Below, in pieces: positions 9,799-18,025 of a stretch of DNA of 64,000 nt. Origin of the DNA: an uncultured Clostridia bacterium. Its GTDB lineage: Bacteria > Bacillota > Clostridia > Christensenellales > UBA3700. Within the stretch, counting starts at the first letter, position 1; the number at the start of each line of letters is the position of its first letter. The stretch lies in NCBI GenBank assembly GCA_937880755.1, contig CALGRX010000020.1:149645-213644 (forward strand), given 5' to 3'. Under the pieces are notes generated by a model that did not search any database, had not been told where the DNA came from, and saw nothing but the letters and a program-made list of their open reading frames with translations. A program made the position numbers and the translations under genes.

Positions 9799-10959
9799 AT
9801 GTACAATATTCTTAAACTCAACGAAATTAGTCCAAAGGTTGCTTCTATATTGCAATATAAGGACTACACCGTTTCGGCAGACTGCGCCAACCCTGACGCT
9901 ATAATCCTAAGAAGCTTTAATATGCACGAATATCCGGTACCCGCTTCCGTCAAAGCCGTAGCTCGTGCGGGCGCAGGCGTCAATAACATTCCTCTTGACA
10001 AAATGACGGCTCAAGGCGTGTGCGTATTCAATACACCGGGAGCTAACGCCAACGCTGTTAAGGAATTGGTTATTTGCGCACTACTTCTCGGCTCGAGAAA
10101 AATCTACGAAGGCATCAAATGGACGCAATCTCTCAATGTTGATGAGGACGTGGCTAAAGCCGTTGAAAAAGGTAAAAAAGCCTTCATAGGTAGAGAATTG
10201 TATGGCAAAACCTTGGGCGTAGTCGGTCTCGGCGCTATCGGTAGACTCGTTGCCAACGCCGCAATCGCTCTAGGAATGAAGGTTGTCGGTTACGACCCTT
10301 ACCTCAACGTCAACGGAGCGATGTCAATAGATAGACACGTAGAATATGTCAATGATTTGAGCAAAGTCTACGCAGAGAGCGACTATATTACGTTGCACGT
10401 ACCTGCTACGCCTAGCACCAAAGGAAGTATCAACGCCGACTCTATCGCTACGATGAAAAAGGACGTCGTTATCATCAACTGCGCTCGTGCAGAGCTTGTT
10501 GTCAACAAAGATATCGTTGAAGCTATCAAAGCCGGCAAGGTTGCCCGATACGTGGCCGACCTCCCTCAAAACGATTTGATTGGCGTGGAAAACGTAATCA
10601 CCATTCCTCACCTCGGCGCTTCTACCCCGGAGGCGGAAGACAACTGCGCAGTGATGGCAGCTAACCAGCTCAAAGATTATCTCGAAAATGGCAACGTGGT
10701 CAACAGCGTAAACTTCCCTAACGCTAGCGCTCCTAGATGCACTAAGTATAGAATTACCGTCCTTCACAAGAACGTTGCCAATATGATTGCTACCGCTTCT
10801 TCCTTTATAGCGGATAGAGGTATCAATATCAACAATCTCGTATCTGCTTCTAAGGGCGAAATCGGCTATATGATTATTGATACCGACGAAGATTTGCCTA
10901 ATTCCGCTCTCGAAGAGATGCGCAAGGTTGAAGGCTTCTTGGCAGTCAATAAATTCTAA
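9799..10959 (+). CDS. serA: D-3-phosphoglycerate dehydrogenase with C-terminal ACT-like domain
   Basis: 386 aa with the 2-hydroxyacid dehydrogenase NAD motif GVVGLGAIGRLVA. It lies directly downstream of serC. Confidence 0.9.
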   Translation: MYNILKLNEISPKVASILQYKDYTVSADCANPDAIILRSFNMHEYPVPASVKAVARAGAGVNNIPLDKMTAQGVCVFNTPGANANAVKELVICALLLGSRKIYEGIKWTQSLNVDEDVAKAVEKGKKAFIGRELYGKTLGVVGLGAIGRLVANAAIALGMKVVGYDPYLNVNGAMSIDRHVEYVNDLSKVYAESDYITLHVPATPSTKGSINADSIATMKKDVVIINCARAELVVNKDIVEAIKAGKVARYVADLPQNDLIGVENVITIPHLGASTPEAEDNCAVMAANQLKDYLENGNVVNSVNFPNASAPRCTKYRITVLHKNVANMIATASSFIADRGININNLVSASKGEIGYMIIDTDEDLPNSALEEMRKVEGFLAVNKF

Positions 10960-10990
10960 AAACTCGATACGTATCGACAAAAACAAAAAA

Positions 10991-11024
10991 ATACTCGCTT
11001 CAGTTTAGCGAGTATTTTTTTCTT
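10991..11024. terminator. Bidirectional terminator between the convergent serA and MMPL genes
   Basis: ATACTCGCT-tcagttt-AGCGAGTAT stem flanked by an A-run and a T-run. Confidence 0.75.
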
Positions 11025-11170
11025 TTGAATATCGGCAACTACCTTGTAGATAATTGACTTGTATAAATTATCTCGTTTAGGTTAAAGCCGTGCAATACCT
11101 GACTAGAGTTCTATCGATAAGACGCTCGCCTACCGTTTTGACTGAGCTGTATTACATTAGGAATATATAC

Positions 11171-13396
11171 TCAAGCCTCGAAAGCCTTATCGCTATCTTG
11201 TGAGAGAGCCTTTTTCTCTTGCTTTTTGAGTTCCTTGGACGCGCGTTTGCCTTCCTTTTTGAGTTTTCGATTGCCCGTAGTTACTACAAGTAGCGCCGGC
11301 AAAACTAACAAAGTGAGAAGTCCGCTGATGATTGAGCCTCTAGCTATCATAAGGGTGATTTCTCCCACGATACGGTTGGACGTAACTAGAGCAACCGACA
11401 AACAACAACCTGCCATTATCGCGACCGACGTGAGTATAGATACCCCACTGTCTCTGAGCGCTCTATAAGAGGCTTCTTTGGCAGGCATAACGTCCAAATA
11501 GCGTTGATACTTGACGGTGTACAAGATTGCGTAGTCAACCGTTGCGCCTAGCTGAATGGCACTGATGATTATGTACGCCATAAAGTTGACGCTCTGTCCT
11601 AAAACGTAACTGATTGAGAGGTTGATAAATATACCAAGCTCGATGACGGATATCAACAATATCGGCAATTTGATTGACTTGAGCGCTATCATCAACACGA
11701 CGAATATGAGCAATACCGACACGATATTGACAATCATATTGTCCATAGGCGTGATGACTTTGAGGTCCTCGACAGCTTGCGACATGCCTGTGATATAATA
11801 ATTGCCACTGCCGAAGTTGTCGTCGAGCATTTGACGAATTTGAGCCAAAGATTGGCTTGCCTCTTGACTCTCCGCCTCGCAGTTGACCATTATCGAATAC
11901 ATAGTGTATCCGTTGTTGGCAAAATTGGATACCATATCGAAGCCCGCAGGGAGCGGAACCTTCTTCTCCAACATCGTACCCAACATTTTGCCGTAAGACT
12001 CGGGTATCATAGAATACAAACCCAGCGTTGCTGTCACGTTGTCCATGCCTTGAAGCTCATCTAAGAAAGCATAGTTTTTGGAAGCGTTGACGGGAACGAT
12101 AGCGATGACGGAATTGCTCATAGAATCTACCGTCTGTTCTATCTCGGTCTTTTCTCCGTCGTCGTAGGTGAATTTGATATAACTTAGATTGAGTTTGCTC
12201 TGCATAATCACGCAAGGTACGATGAGCAACAGTGCAACGATAACGATAACCTTACGATTGCGCACCGAGAAGCTGGCAACGGATTTGAGTTTTGGAAGGA
12301 AAATGCGATGAGAGGTCTTTTTGTGAAGTTTGGTCATCATCAACATAAGGCATGGTTGGACGATGATGACTGTCACCAAACTCAAAAATACGCCCTTGGC
12401 AAGAACGATACCAATGTCTGCACCTATCTCAAATTTCATGAAGAATAGCGCAAGAAAACCAAACACTGTGGTAAGCGCAGACGACGATATAGTGGAAAAG
12501 GTCTTAGGAATTGCTCTCTCCATTGCTAGCGTTTCGTCCAAAGTCTTGGTGCATTCTTCCGCATACGCGTGCATGAGGAATATGGCGTAATCCATTGACA
12601 AACCTAGTTGCAAAATGGCTGACGAGGCAAATGTCACTACCGATACGCTAGGCAATATGATATTGGTGCCCATATTGATGAGTATCGATACGCCCAAAGT
12701 GAGCATAAAGATAAACGGCTCTACAAGCGACGTGGTGGTGCAAAGCAAGATAATAAACATTACTAGCACCGCTACGAGTATGTACTTCCAAATTTCGCCT
12801 ATCGTAGAGTCGAAAATATCCTTGGTCATCTGCGTGCTGCCGCCTATGGCGTGCTCGTAATCGGCAAGTATAACGTTGTCAATCTTCTCGACAAGGTCCA
12901 ATGCTTCGGTGCTAGACGTAGGCACGTTGAGTTGGAGCATTATCATATAGTTGCCCTTTTGAAGTTTAGTCTCTTCGGTAAAAGGCTCGCCCGCGTTGCG
13001 CTTTGGATAGAACAAGTTGAGCACGTCTTCGTTGCTAGTAAGCCCCGCAACTACGTCTGACATAGCGCCACCGCCCTCAGCCATCTCCAATATCATTCCT
13101 AGCCAAATTACTCCGCCCTCTTTGATACCCTTCTCAGCTTTGATTTGGTCGGTGATTGCTACCATAGTAGCGTAATCAACGTCAGCCACGCCTATGATTG
13201 CATCGCCTTGCATGTCAAAGTTTTGACGCATAAAGTCCATTCCCTCGGTCATATCGTAACCGTCGGGAAGATAAGACAATATGTCGGAATTGACGTTGAC
13301 GTAAAGCATAGCTACGACTGACGCTATTGATATGAGCGCAGTCAAACCGATGATGAGAATTTTGTGCTTGACGATAAATTTGGCTAACTTGTTCAT
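11171..13396 (-). CDS. MMPL/RND-superfamily membrane transporter
   Basis: 741 aa with two blocks of about 6 TM helices separated by large extracytoplasmic domains, plus a lysine-rich C-terminal tail. Confidence 0.8.
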   Translation of the reverse strand: MNKLAKFIVKHKILIIGLTALISIASVVAMLYVNVNSDILSYLPDGYDMTEGMDFMRQNFDMQGDAIIGVADVDYATMVAITDQIKAEKGIKEGGVIWLGMILEMAEGGGAMSDVVAGLTSNEDVLNLFYPKRNAGEPFTEETKLQKGNYMIMLQLNVPTSSTEALDLVEKIDNVILADYEHAIGGSTQMTKDIFDSTIGEIWKYILVAVLVMFIILLCTTTSLVEPFIFMLTLGVSILINMGTNIILPSVSVVTFASSAILQLGLSMDYAIFLMHAYAEECTKTLDETLAMERAIPKTFSTISSSALTTVFGFLALFFMKFEIGADIGIVLAKGVFLSLVTVIIVQPCLMLMMTKLHKKTSHRIFLPKLKSVASFSVRNRKVIVIVALLLIVPCVIMQSKLNLSYIKFTYDDGEKTEIEQTVDSMSNSVIAIVPVNASKNYAFLDELQGMDNVTATLGLYSMIPESYGKMLGTMLEKKVPLPAGFDMVSNFANNGYTMYSIMVNCEAESQEASQSLAQIRQMLDDNFGSGNYYITGMSQAVEDLKVITPMDNMIVNIVSVLLIFVVLMIALKSIKLPILLISVIELGIFINLSISYVLGQSVNFMAYIIISAIQLGATVDYAILYTVKYQRYLDVMPAKEASYRALRDSGVSILTSVAIMAGCCLSVALVTSNRIVGEITLMIARGSIISGLLTLLVLPALLVVTTGNRKLKKEGKRASKELKKQEKKALSQDSDKAFEA

Positions 13397-13675
13397 ATTG
13401 TTATTTTATTATATTTATCTATCTTTGTAAATGGTAAAGGCGACATAAAAGGCTACCTTTACAAAGAATTTACACCTTGCGTTATGGATGAAAAAAATGT
13501 GTAAAAAGTCTATAATAATCTAGCCTTAGAAATGATTAGATATAGATTACAAATGTGCACAACGGAATGATATACGGCGGTTGAGATTGCCACGTCACTT
13601 TGTTCCTTTGCTTTTGCAAAATGCACAGGGCGCAATGACAAAATAATATTACGACGCATATCCGCTATCCCCCAT

Positions 13676-13806
13676 ATTTGATGGTGGAGATGCGAGCAAG
13701 ACAAGGAGCGTGAGGATTGGGCAATAGGAGCGTACTTGGGCGTACGTGACTGAGCACAAACGCAAACTCGACACAGTATTGCGTAGTATATCCGCCGCCA
13801 AATGGC
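13676..13806 (+). repeat. Copy L of a roughly 120-nt intergenic repeat (GATGCGAGCAAGACAAGGAG ... GCAAACTCGACACAGTATTGCG ... ATATCCGCCG)
   Basis: By eye it is about 80% identical to 16259-16376 in the same orientation. It lies on the other side of pckG from that copy. Confidence 0.7.
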
Positions 13807-13807
13807 T

Positions 13808-13843
13808 TAAAAAATATCCACCCTACGTATATAGAGTGGATAT
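13808..13843 (-). terminator. Rho-independent terminator of pckG
   Basis: ATATCCAC ... GTGGATAT stem followed, on the minus strand, by a T-run. It starts 20 nt past the pckG stop. Confidence 0.7.
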
Positions 13844-13863
13844 TGATTATTATAATACCTATA

Positions 13864-15639
13864 TTATTTGTTGAGTCTGTCGATGAGTTCGTCGGCTTGC
13901 TTAGCAAGTTCAGCAGGGAGTCTGTCGCCGAAGGTCTCGTAGAATTCTTTGATACCTTCTGCTTCTTTCTTCCAAGCGTCCTTGTCAACCTTGAGGATAT
14001 CTGCAAGGGTCTCTCTAGAGAAGTCAAGACCTTCGAGGTTGATGTCCTCAGCCTTTGGAACGAAACCGATTGGGGTCTCAACTGCGTCTACTTCGCCTGC
14101 GATACGCTTGAGCATCCAGTCGAGAACACGCATATTGTCACCGAAACCAGGCCAAATGAAGTGACCTTCTGCATCGGTACGGAACCAGTTGACGTTGAAG
14201 AACTTAGGTTGCTTGTCTACGTCTACGGTCTTGCCCATATCGAGCCAGTGTTGGAAGTAATCTCCCATGTGGTATCCGCAGAATGGACGCATAGCCATTG
14301 GGTCTCTTCTTACTACGCCGACTGCGCCGGTAGCTGCCGCGGTGGTCTCGGAGCCCATGATAGAGCCGACGAATACGCCGTTTTCCCAGCTTCTTGCTTG
14401 ATATACGAGTGGAACGGTAGTTGGACGACGGCCACCGAAGATGAATGCGCTGATTGGCACGCCTGCAGGATTCTCGAACTCAGGGCTGATGCATGGGCAG
14501 TTGATTGCAGGAGCGGTAAATCTGCTGTTTGGATGAGCGCCCTTTTCGGTAGAAGTTTGACCGTTCCAAGGGTTGCCCTTCCAGTCGATAGCGTTGACCG
14601 GTGGGTTCTTGTCAAGACCTTCCCACCATACGGTGTTGTTCTCGAGGTTGAGAGCAACGTTGGTGAAGATGGTGTTTTTCATAGTAGCGGCGAGAGCGTT
14701 AGGGTTGGACTTTTTGTTAGTTCCCGGTGCTACGCCGAAGAAACCGTTCTCAGGGTTGATAGCGTAAAGTCTTCCGTCAGAACCTTTCTTAATCCAAGCG
14801 ATGTCGTCACCTACGGTGAATACTCTATAGCCCTCTGCAAGATAGCCTTGTGGAGGAATAAGCATTGCGAGGTTGGTCTTGCCACATGCAGATGGGAATG
14901 CGGCTGCCATGTATACGATCTCTTTGTTTGGCTTCTCGATACCGAGAATGAGCATATGCTCTGCCATCCACATTTCGTTTTTGCCTTGGTAAGAAGCGAT
15001 ACGCAATGCAAAGCACTTTTTGCCGAGCAATACGTTGCCACCGTAAGCACTGTTGACGGATACGATAGCGTTGTCCTCAGGGAATTGGCAGATATATCTG
15101 TTTTCAGGGTCAACGTCGCACTTAGCGTGAGTACCTCTAACGAAGTCGTTGCTGTCGCCGAGAGCGTCAAGTACGTCTTTGCCTACACGAGTCATAATTC
15201 TCATATTGAGCACTACGTAGATAGAGTCGGTAACTTCAATACCAATCTTGGAAATAGGTCCGCCTACAGGTCCCATAGAGAAAGGTATTACGTACATCGT
15301 GTTGCCCTTGTATGCACCTTCGAGTATGCTGTCAAGTTTTGCGTATGCTTCGGTAGGATTCCACCAGTTGTTGGTAGGTCCGCAGTCCTTTTCGTCTCTA
15401 GAACAAATAAAGGTTCTGTTTTCTACACGAGCAACGTCGTTTTCTTTGGTTCTGTGAAGCAAACAGCCAGGGAGCAACTCTTGATTGAGCTCTATCATTT
15501 CTCCGCTAGCAATAGCTTCTTGGGTGAGTTGGTCGTATTGTTCCTTTTCACCGGTGATCCAAACTATTTTGCCAGCGCCAACGAGTTTTGCTCTGCTGTT
15601 GACAAAATCCAAAACTTGCTTGTTTGTTGTCATTTCCAT
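13864..15639 (-). CDS. pckG: Phosphoenolpyruvate carboxykinase (GTP)
   Basis: 591 aa with the GTP-PEPCK family layout (FPSACGKTN kinase-1a motif, WMAEHMLILG). RBS is GGAG, 7 nt from the ATG. Confidence 0.95.
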   Translation of the reverse strand: MEMTTNKQVLDFVNSRAKLVGAGKIVWITGEKEQYDQLTQEAIASGEMIELNQELLPGCLLHRTKENDVARVENRTFICSRDEKDCGPTNNWWNPTEAYAKLDSILEGAYKGNTMYVIPFSMGPVGGPISKIGIEVTDSIYVVLNMRIMTRVGKDVLDALGDSNDFVRGTHAKCDVDPENRYICQFPEDNAIVSVNSAYGGNVLLGKKCFALRIASYQGKNEMWMAEHMLILGIEKPNKEIVYMAAAFPSACGKTNLAMLIPPQGYLAEGYRVFTVGDDIAWIKKGSDGRLYAINPENGFFGVAPGTNKKSNPNALAATMKNTIFTNVALNLENNTVWWEGLDKNPPVNAIDWKGNPWNGQTSTEKGAHPNSRFTAPAINCPCISPEFENPAGVPISAFIFGGRRPTTVPLVYQARSWENGVFVGSIMGSETTAAATGAVGVVRRDPMAMRPFCGYHMGDYFQHWLDMGKTVDVDKQPKFFNVNWFRTDAEGHFIWPGFGDNMRVLDWMLKRIAGEVDAVETPIGFVPKAEDINLEGLDFSRETLADILKVDKDAWKKEAEGIKEFYETFGDRLPAELAKQADELIDRLNK

Positions 15640-15683
15640 ATCATATCTCCTTGTTAAAATAATATCAATTTTAGATTATGCAT

Positions 15684-15712
15684 ATTATATCAAATAACGC
15701 CGTAGTTGGCAA
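15684..15712 (-). promoter_or_regulatory. Sigma-A-type promoter for pckG with an extended -10
   Basis: On the minus strand: TTGCCA, a 17-nt spacer, then TGaTATAAT. This predicts a 5' UTR of about 38 nt. Confidence 0.55.
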
Positions 15713-16069
15713 CAAATATAAAACACATTTTGATTATTTACGAATTTTTTGCTTTATAATAGCGCATATTTATATTATATGTAATTTTAGTCGCTCGCCG
15801 TCACTTGGGCTAGATTGCACTTGTTGCACAATCATCGTTTATCGTTTGGCTCGCTCCTCTATCTACGACCAGTCGTAAACCTGCGGCGCGCAACCTATCG
15901 GTCGTTTTCGCAGATTTAGTCGTACTCCCAAAGGATATGATTAGAATTAGCAATCCCTCTGTCTTGCCTAACGGCAAGCACCTCCCTTTGCACAAAGGAG
16001 GCTTTATATTGATTAGATTGCCAATGCACGCAACGCAATGACAGAATACTTTTGACGGCATGCGCGAGT

Positions 16070-16102
16070 TGAAAAAGGAAAAAGGCAACCTGACAAGTTG
16101 CC
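16070..16102 (-). terminator. Rho-independent terminator about 270 nt downstream of the 238-aa hypothetical gene
   Basis: On the minus strand: GGCAAC-ttgtcag-GTTGCC followed by TTTTTCCTTTTTC. Confidence 0.6.
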
Positions 16103-16140
16103 TCAAATTGTTATTAGTTGCAATGCCGCTACTCTCGTGG

Positions 16141-16378
16141 CGTAGATACGAGTTTGACAACCCTTCCACCACTATCGCGTTTTTTCTCACGGTGTAGATG
16201 CGAGCAAGACAAGGAGAACGAGTATTGCGTAATGGAGCGTACTATTGTATTTTGACGTTGAAGATACAAGCAAAACAAGGAGAGTGAGGATAGTGTGAGG
16301 GAGCATACTTGTTGTATGTGACCGACACGCTACCGCAAACTCGACACAGTATTGCGACGCATATCCGCCGTCAAATCA
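16141..16378 (+). repeat. Tandem degenerate repeat units R0/R1/R2 of the same family as copy L
   Basis: Unit heads GATACGAGTTTGAC (16145), GATGCGAGCAAGAC (16197) and GATACAAGCAAAAC (16263). The R2 tail matches the tail of copy L. Confidence 0.7.
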
Positions 16379-17092
16379 AATAACGGCGAAAGATTCGAGT
16401 ATATTACGCAAAACCTTAACGTACGACTTGAGCGGACGATAACTCTCAAAAAGGCTGTCCAAGCCTATCCATACGACTTGGATCATGCGAGAATTGCTGA
16501 TTTCGATGGAATAGTAGAAGCCCTCGAGCATTGTCATATAGTCTGCTCTCTTCTTTTCTTTGAGGGTACGGTCGGACATGACGACTTCTTTCATAGCCGA
16601 GATATAGGGATAGATTTGCTCCTTGATATTGTCGGAGAGAGGTACGTCCTTGACGGAGGACACGTCGGGAGTTTCTTCGGCTAAATCGTCTTGAAGCACC
16701 AAAGCAAAGGCTTCGATATAGGGCTCGATGACGCTCTTGCAAAAGGTTTTGTAGCCCTCTTCGTAGTCGGACACACCGTAATATTTGATGAAAAATGCGT
16801 TGAGGTTGAGTTGGCTACGGTCAATCTCAAACAACATACCCGTGACGAGAGCGACAATCTTCTTTTTGGAAGAAGGCAGTCTAAAGCTTGCACCCGACGA
16901 GGCGAGCTCGAACTCGTCGCGATAATTGAAGCCTTGGTTGCACTTGGCAACAAAGTCTATAAGACAAGGGGTGGACGCTACGTATCTAAGCAGGCGCATA
17001 ATATAATTGCCCGACATTACGTACTTGCTAGCAATAATCTCGTGGCATCTCATAGAAAATATTTGGTATGCTTGTTGCGTTTCTGCGTTCAT
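16376..17092 (-). CDS. Hypothetical protein of unrecognised family
   Basis: 238 aa from ATG 17092, with GGAG 5 nt upstream (the track ORF starts 2 codons earlier at GTG). Predicted soluble; I could recognise no motif. Confidence 0.6.
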   Translation of the reverse strand: MNAETQQAYQIFSMRCHEIIASKYVMSGNYIMRLLRYVASTPCLIDFVAKCNQGFNYRDEFELASSGASFRLPSSKKKIVALVTGMLFEIDRSQLNLNAFFIKYYGVSDYEEGYKTFCKSVIEPYIEAFALVLQDDLAEETPDVSSVKDVPLSDNIKEQIYPYISAMKEVVMSDRTLKEKKRADYMTMLEGFYYSIEISNSRMIQVVWIGLDSLFESYRPLKSYVKVLRNILESFAVI

Positions 17093-17174
17093 AATCACTC
17101 CTTGGCTTTTATTATAGAATAAACAGCCAAAATAATCAACAAAAATTTATTGACTAGGCGTGCGAAGTATTTTA

Positions 17175-17203
17175 TTGCTTTTTGCAATAATATGTATTAT
17201 AAT
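17175..17203 (+). promoter_or_regulatory. Sigma-A-type promoter for the HPr-like/DUF4364 pair
   Basis: TTGCTT, a 17-nt spacer, then TATAAT. It is followed by the palindrome ATTGATAATCAAT (17204-17216). Confidence 0.5.
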
Positions 17204-17233
17204 ATTGATAATCAATAATTTTGGAGATAGACT

Positions 17234-17461
17234 ATGAAATCGGTTTCTGTTTTACTCAATACCACCGACAGCGTAAAGAGCTTTGTCGAGTTGCTGACAA
17301 AATACGACTACGAAATGGACCTGAGAAGCGGAAGATACGTCGTTGACGCCAAATCTATCCTAGGTATTTTTTCGCTTGACCTCAACCATCCCGTCGTGCT
17401 TGAAATTTATGCCGACGAGTGTGACGAATTGCTAAATAAGCTACAACCTTTTATCGACTGA
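17234..17461 (+). CDS. HPr-family protein lacking the His15 phosphorylation site (Crh-like)
   Basis: 75 aa. The stretch GRYVVDAKSILGIFSLDL aligns with the HPr Ser46 region (GKxVNxKSIMGVMSLG). There is no His at the position of His15 (NTTDSVKS). RBS is GGAG. Confidence 0.75.
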   Translation: MKSVSVLLNTTDSVKSFVELLTKYDYEMDLRSGRYVVDAKSILGIFSLDLNHPVVLEIYADECDELLNKLQPFID

Positions 17462-17466
17462 TCGCT

Positions 17467-17985
17467 ATGTTTGACCAACAATCAATCAACAAGCTGATAT
17501 TGCTGTATATCTTCGACAAGATGGACGTGCCGCTACAAGAGAACATCATAGTCGAGATGGCTACGGAAAATAATTGGATAAATTATATGGAATGCAAAGA
17601 AAGCCTTGCAGACCTTATCAAAACGAGTTTCGTCGCCAATATCTCGCCTAGAAGCAGTACACCTAGATATACTATTACCAGCGACGGCAGAGAGTGTCTA
17701 AATCATTTCTATACCAATATCAACTCGTCGGTGCGTGACGATATTACGGATATTATCAAAAAAAATCGTATGACGTATCGTAAGAAGCAAGACTACTTCT
17801 CCGACTATTACAAGAACGCCGACGGCACCTATACCGTCGTACTAAAAATCGAGTCCAATACCATGCCGCTGATGGAGCTAAAACTCAATATCCAAAACCG
17901 CAATACCGCCAAGTGGATATTCAAAAATTGGGCGGATAAAGCTCCTCAAGTGTATGAATTTATACAAGAAAATCTAGTAGATTGA
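17467..17985 (+). CDS. DUF4364 family protein (PadR-like winged-helix N-terminus)
   Basis: 172 aa. The stretch KLILLYIFDKMDVPLQENIIVEM ... YTITSDGRECLNHF matches my recollection of the DUF4364 pattern. Confidence 0.6.
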   Translation: MFDQQSINKLILLYIFDKMDVPLQENIIVEMATENNWINYMECKESLADLIKTSFVANISPRSSTPRYTITSDGRECLNHFYTNINSSVRDDITDIIKKNRMTYRKKQDYFSDYYKNADGTYTVVLKIESNTMPLMELKLNIQNRNTAKWIFKNWADKAPQVYEFIQENLVD

Positions 17986-18025
17986 TATTAGAATTAAGCA
18001 TACCTACTCCCCATATGGTGTATCT

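Noticed and set aside
13631-13700. The string GCACAGGGCGCAATGAC ... ACGACGCATATCC resembles the conserved GCACAGGGCAAAC ... GACGCAAAGCC blocks of the c-di-GMP-I (GEMM) riboswitch.
   Set aside because: Only two short blocks match. I could not draw the P1/P2 tetraloop-receptor architecture. No plus-strand gene lies downstream (the next one is 3.5 kb away). The segment is part of the repeat family and is also present in a diverged form at 16017-16068.
13814-13843. Three terminators share the stem ATCCACC/GGTGGAT (13814-13843, 22949-22975 and 34003-34029), and two share GTCCGC/GCGGAC (46915-46932 and 62526-62545). This suggested copied terminator cassettes.
   Set aside because: The shared parts are only 6-8 nt, and the loops and flanks differ. 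This may simply reflect a preference for GC-rich stems in an AT-rich intergenic background. It is weaker than the GATACGTATC case, so I have not promoted it to a finding.
13843-15657. A 604-aa ORF on the plus strand spanning all of pckG.
   Set aside because: It is a mirror (antisense) ORF. The minus-strand frame has unmistakable GTP-PEPCK motifs, an RBS and a terminator. The plus-frame product is low-complexity (V/S/R-rich) and has no RBS. Long stop-free antisense frames are expected in codon-biased, highly expressed genes.
16141-16330. The tandem units with a conserved ~23-nt head (GATGCGAGCAAGACAAGGAG) looked superficially like a short, degenerate CRISPR array.
   Set aside because: The inter-head segments are homologous to one another rather than being unique spacers. 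Unit lengths are irregular (52 and 66 nt), and the heads diverge strongly. No cas genes or leader are present in the window.
13397-16375. pckG as a horizontally acquired cassette, because it is bracketed by direct repeats and by unusually long non-coding gaps.
   Set aside because: There is no integrase, transposase or tRNA target. I saw no obvious GC or codon-usage break by eye, and pckG has a native-looking promoter and terminator. I keep this only as one possible interpretation within the repeat finding.
17204-17216. The palindrome ATTGATAATCAAT just after the HPr-like gene's -10 element looked like a Fur box or a cre site.
   Set aside because: Only the TGATAAT half fits the Fur 7-1-7 consensus, and the second half does not. 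It does not fit cre (TGNAANCGNTNNCA). It may still be an operator for an unknown regulator, but I cannot assign it.
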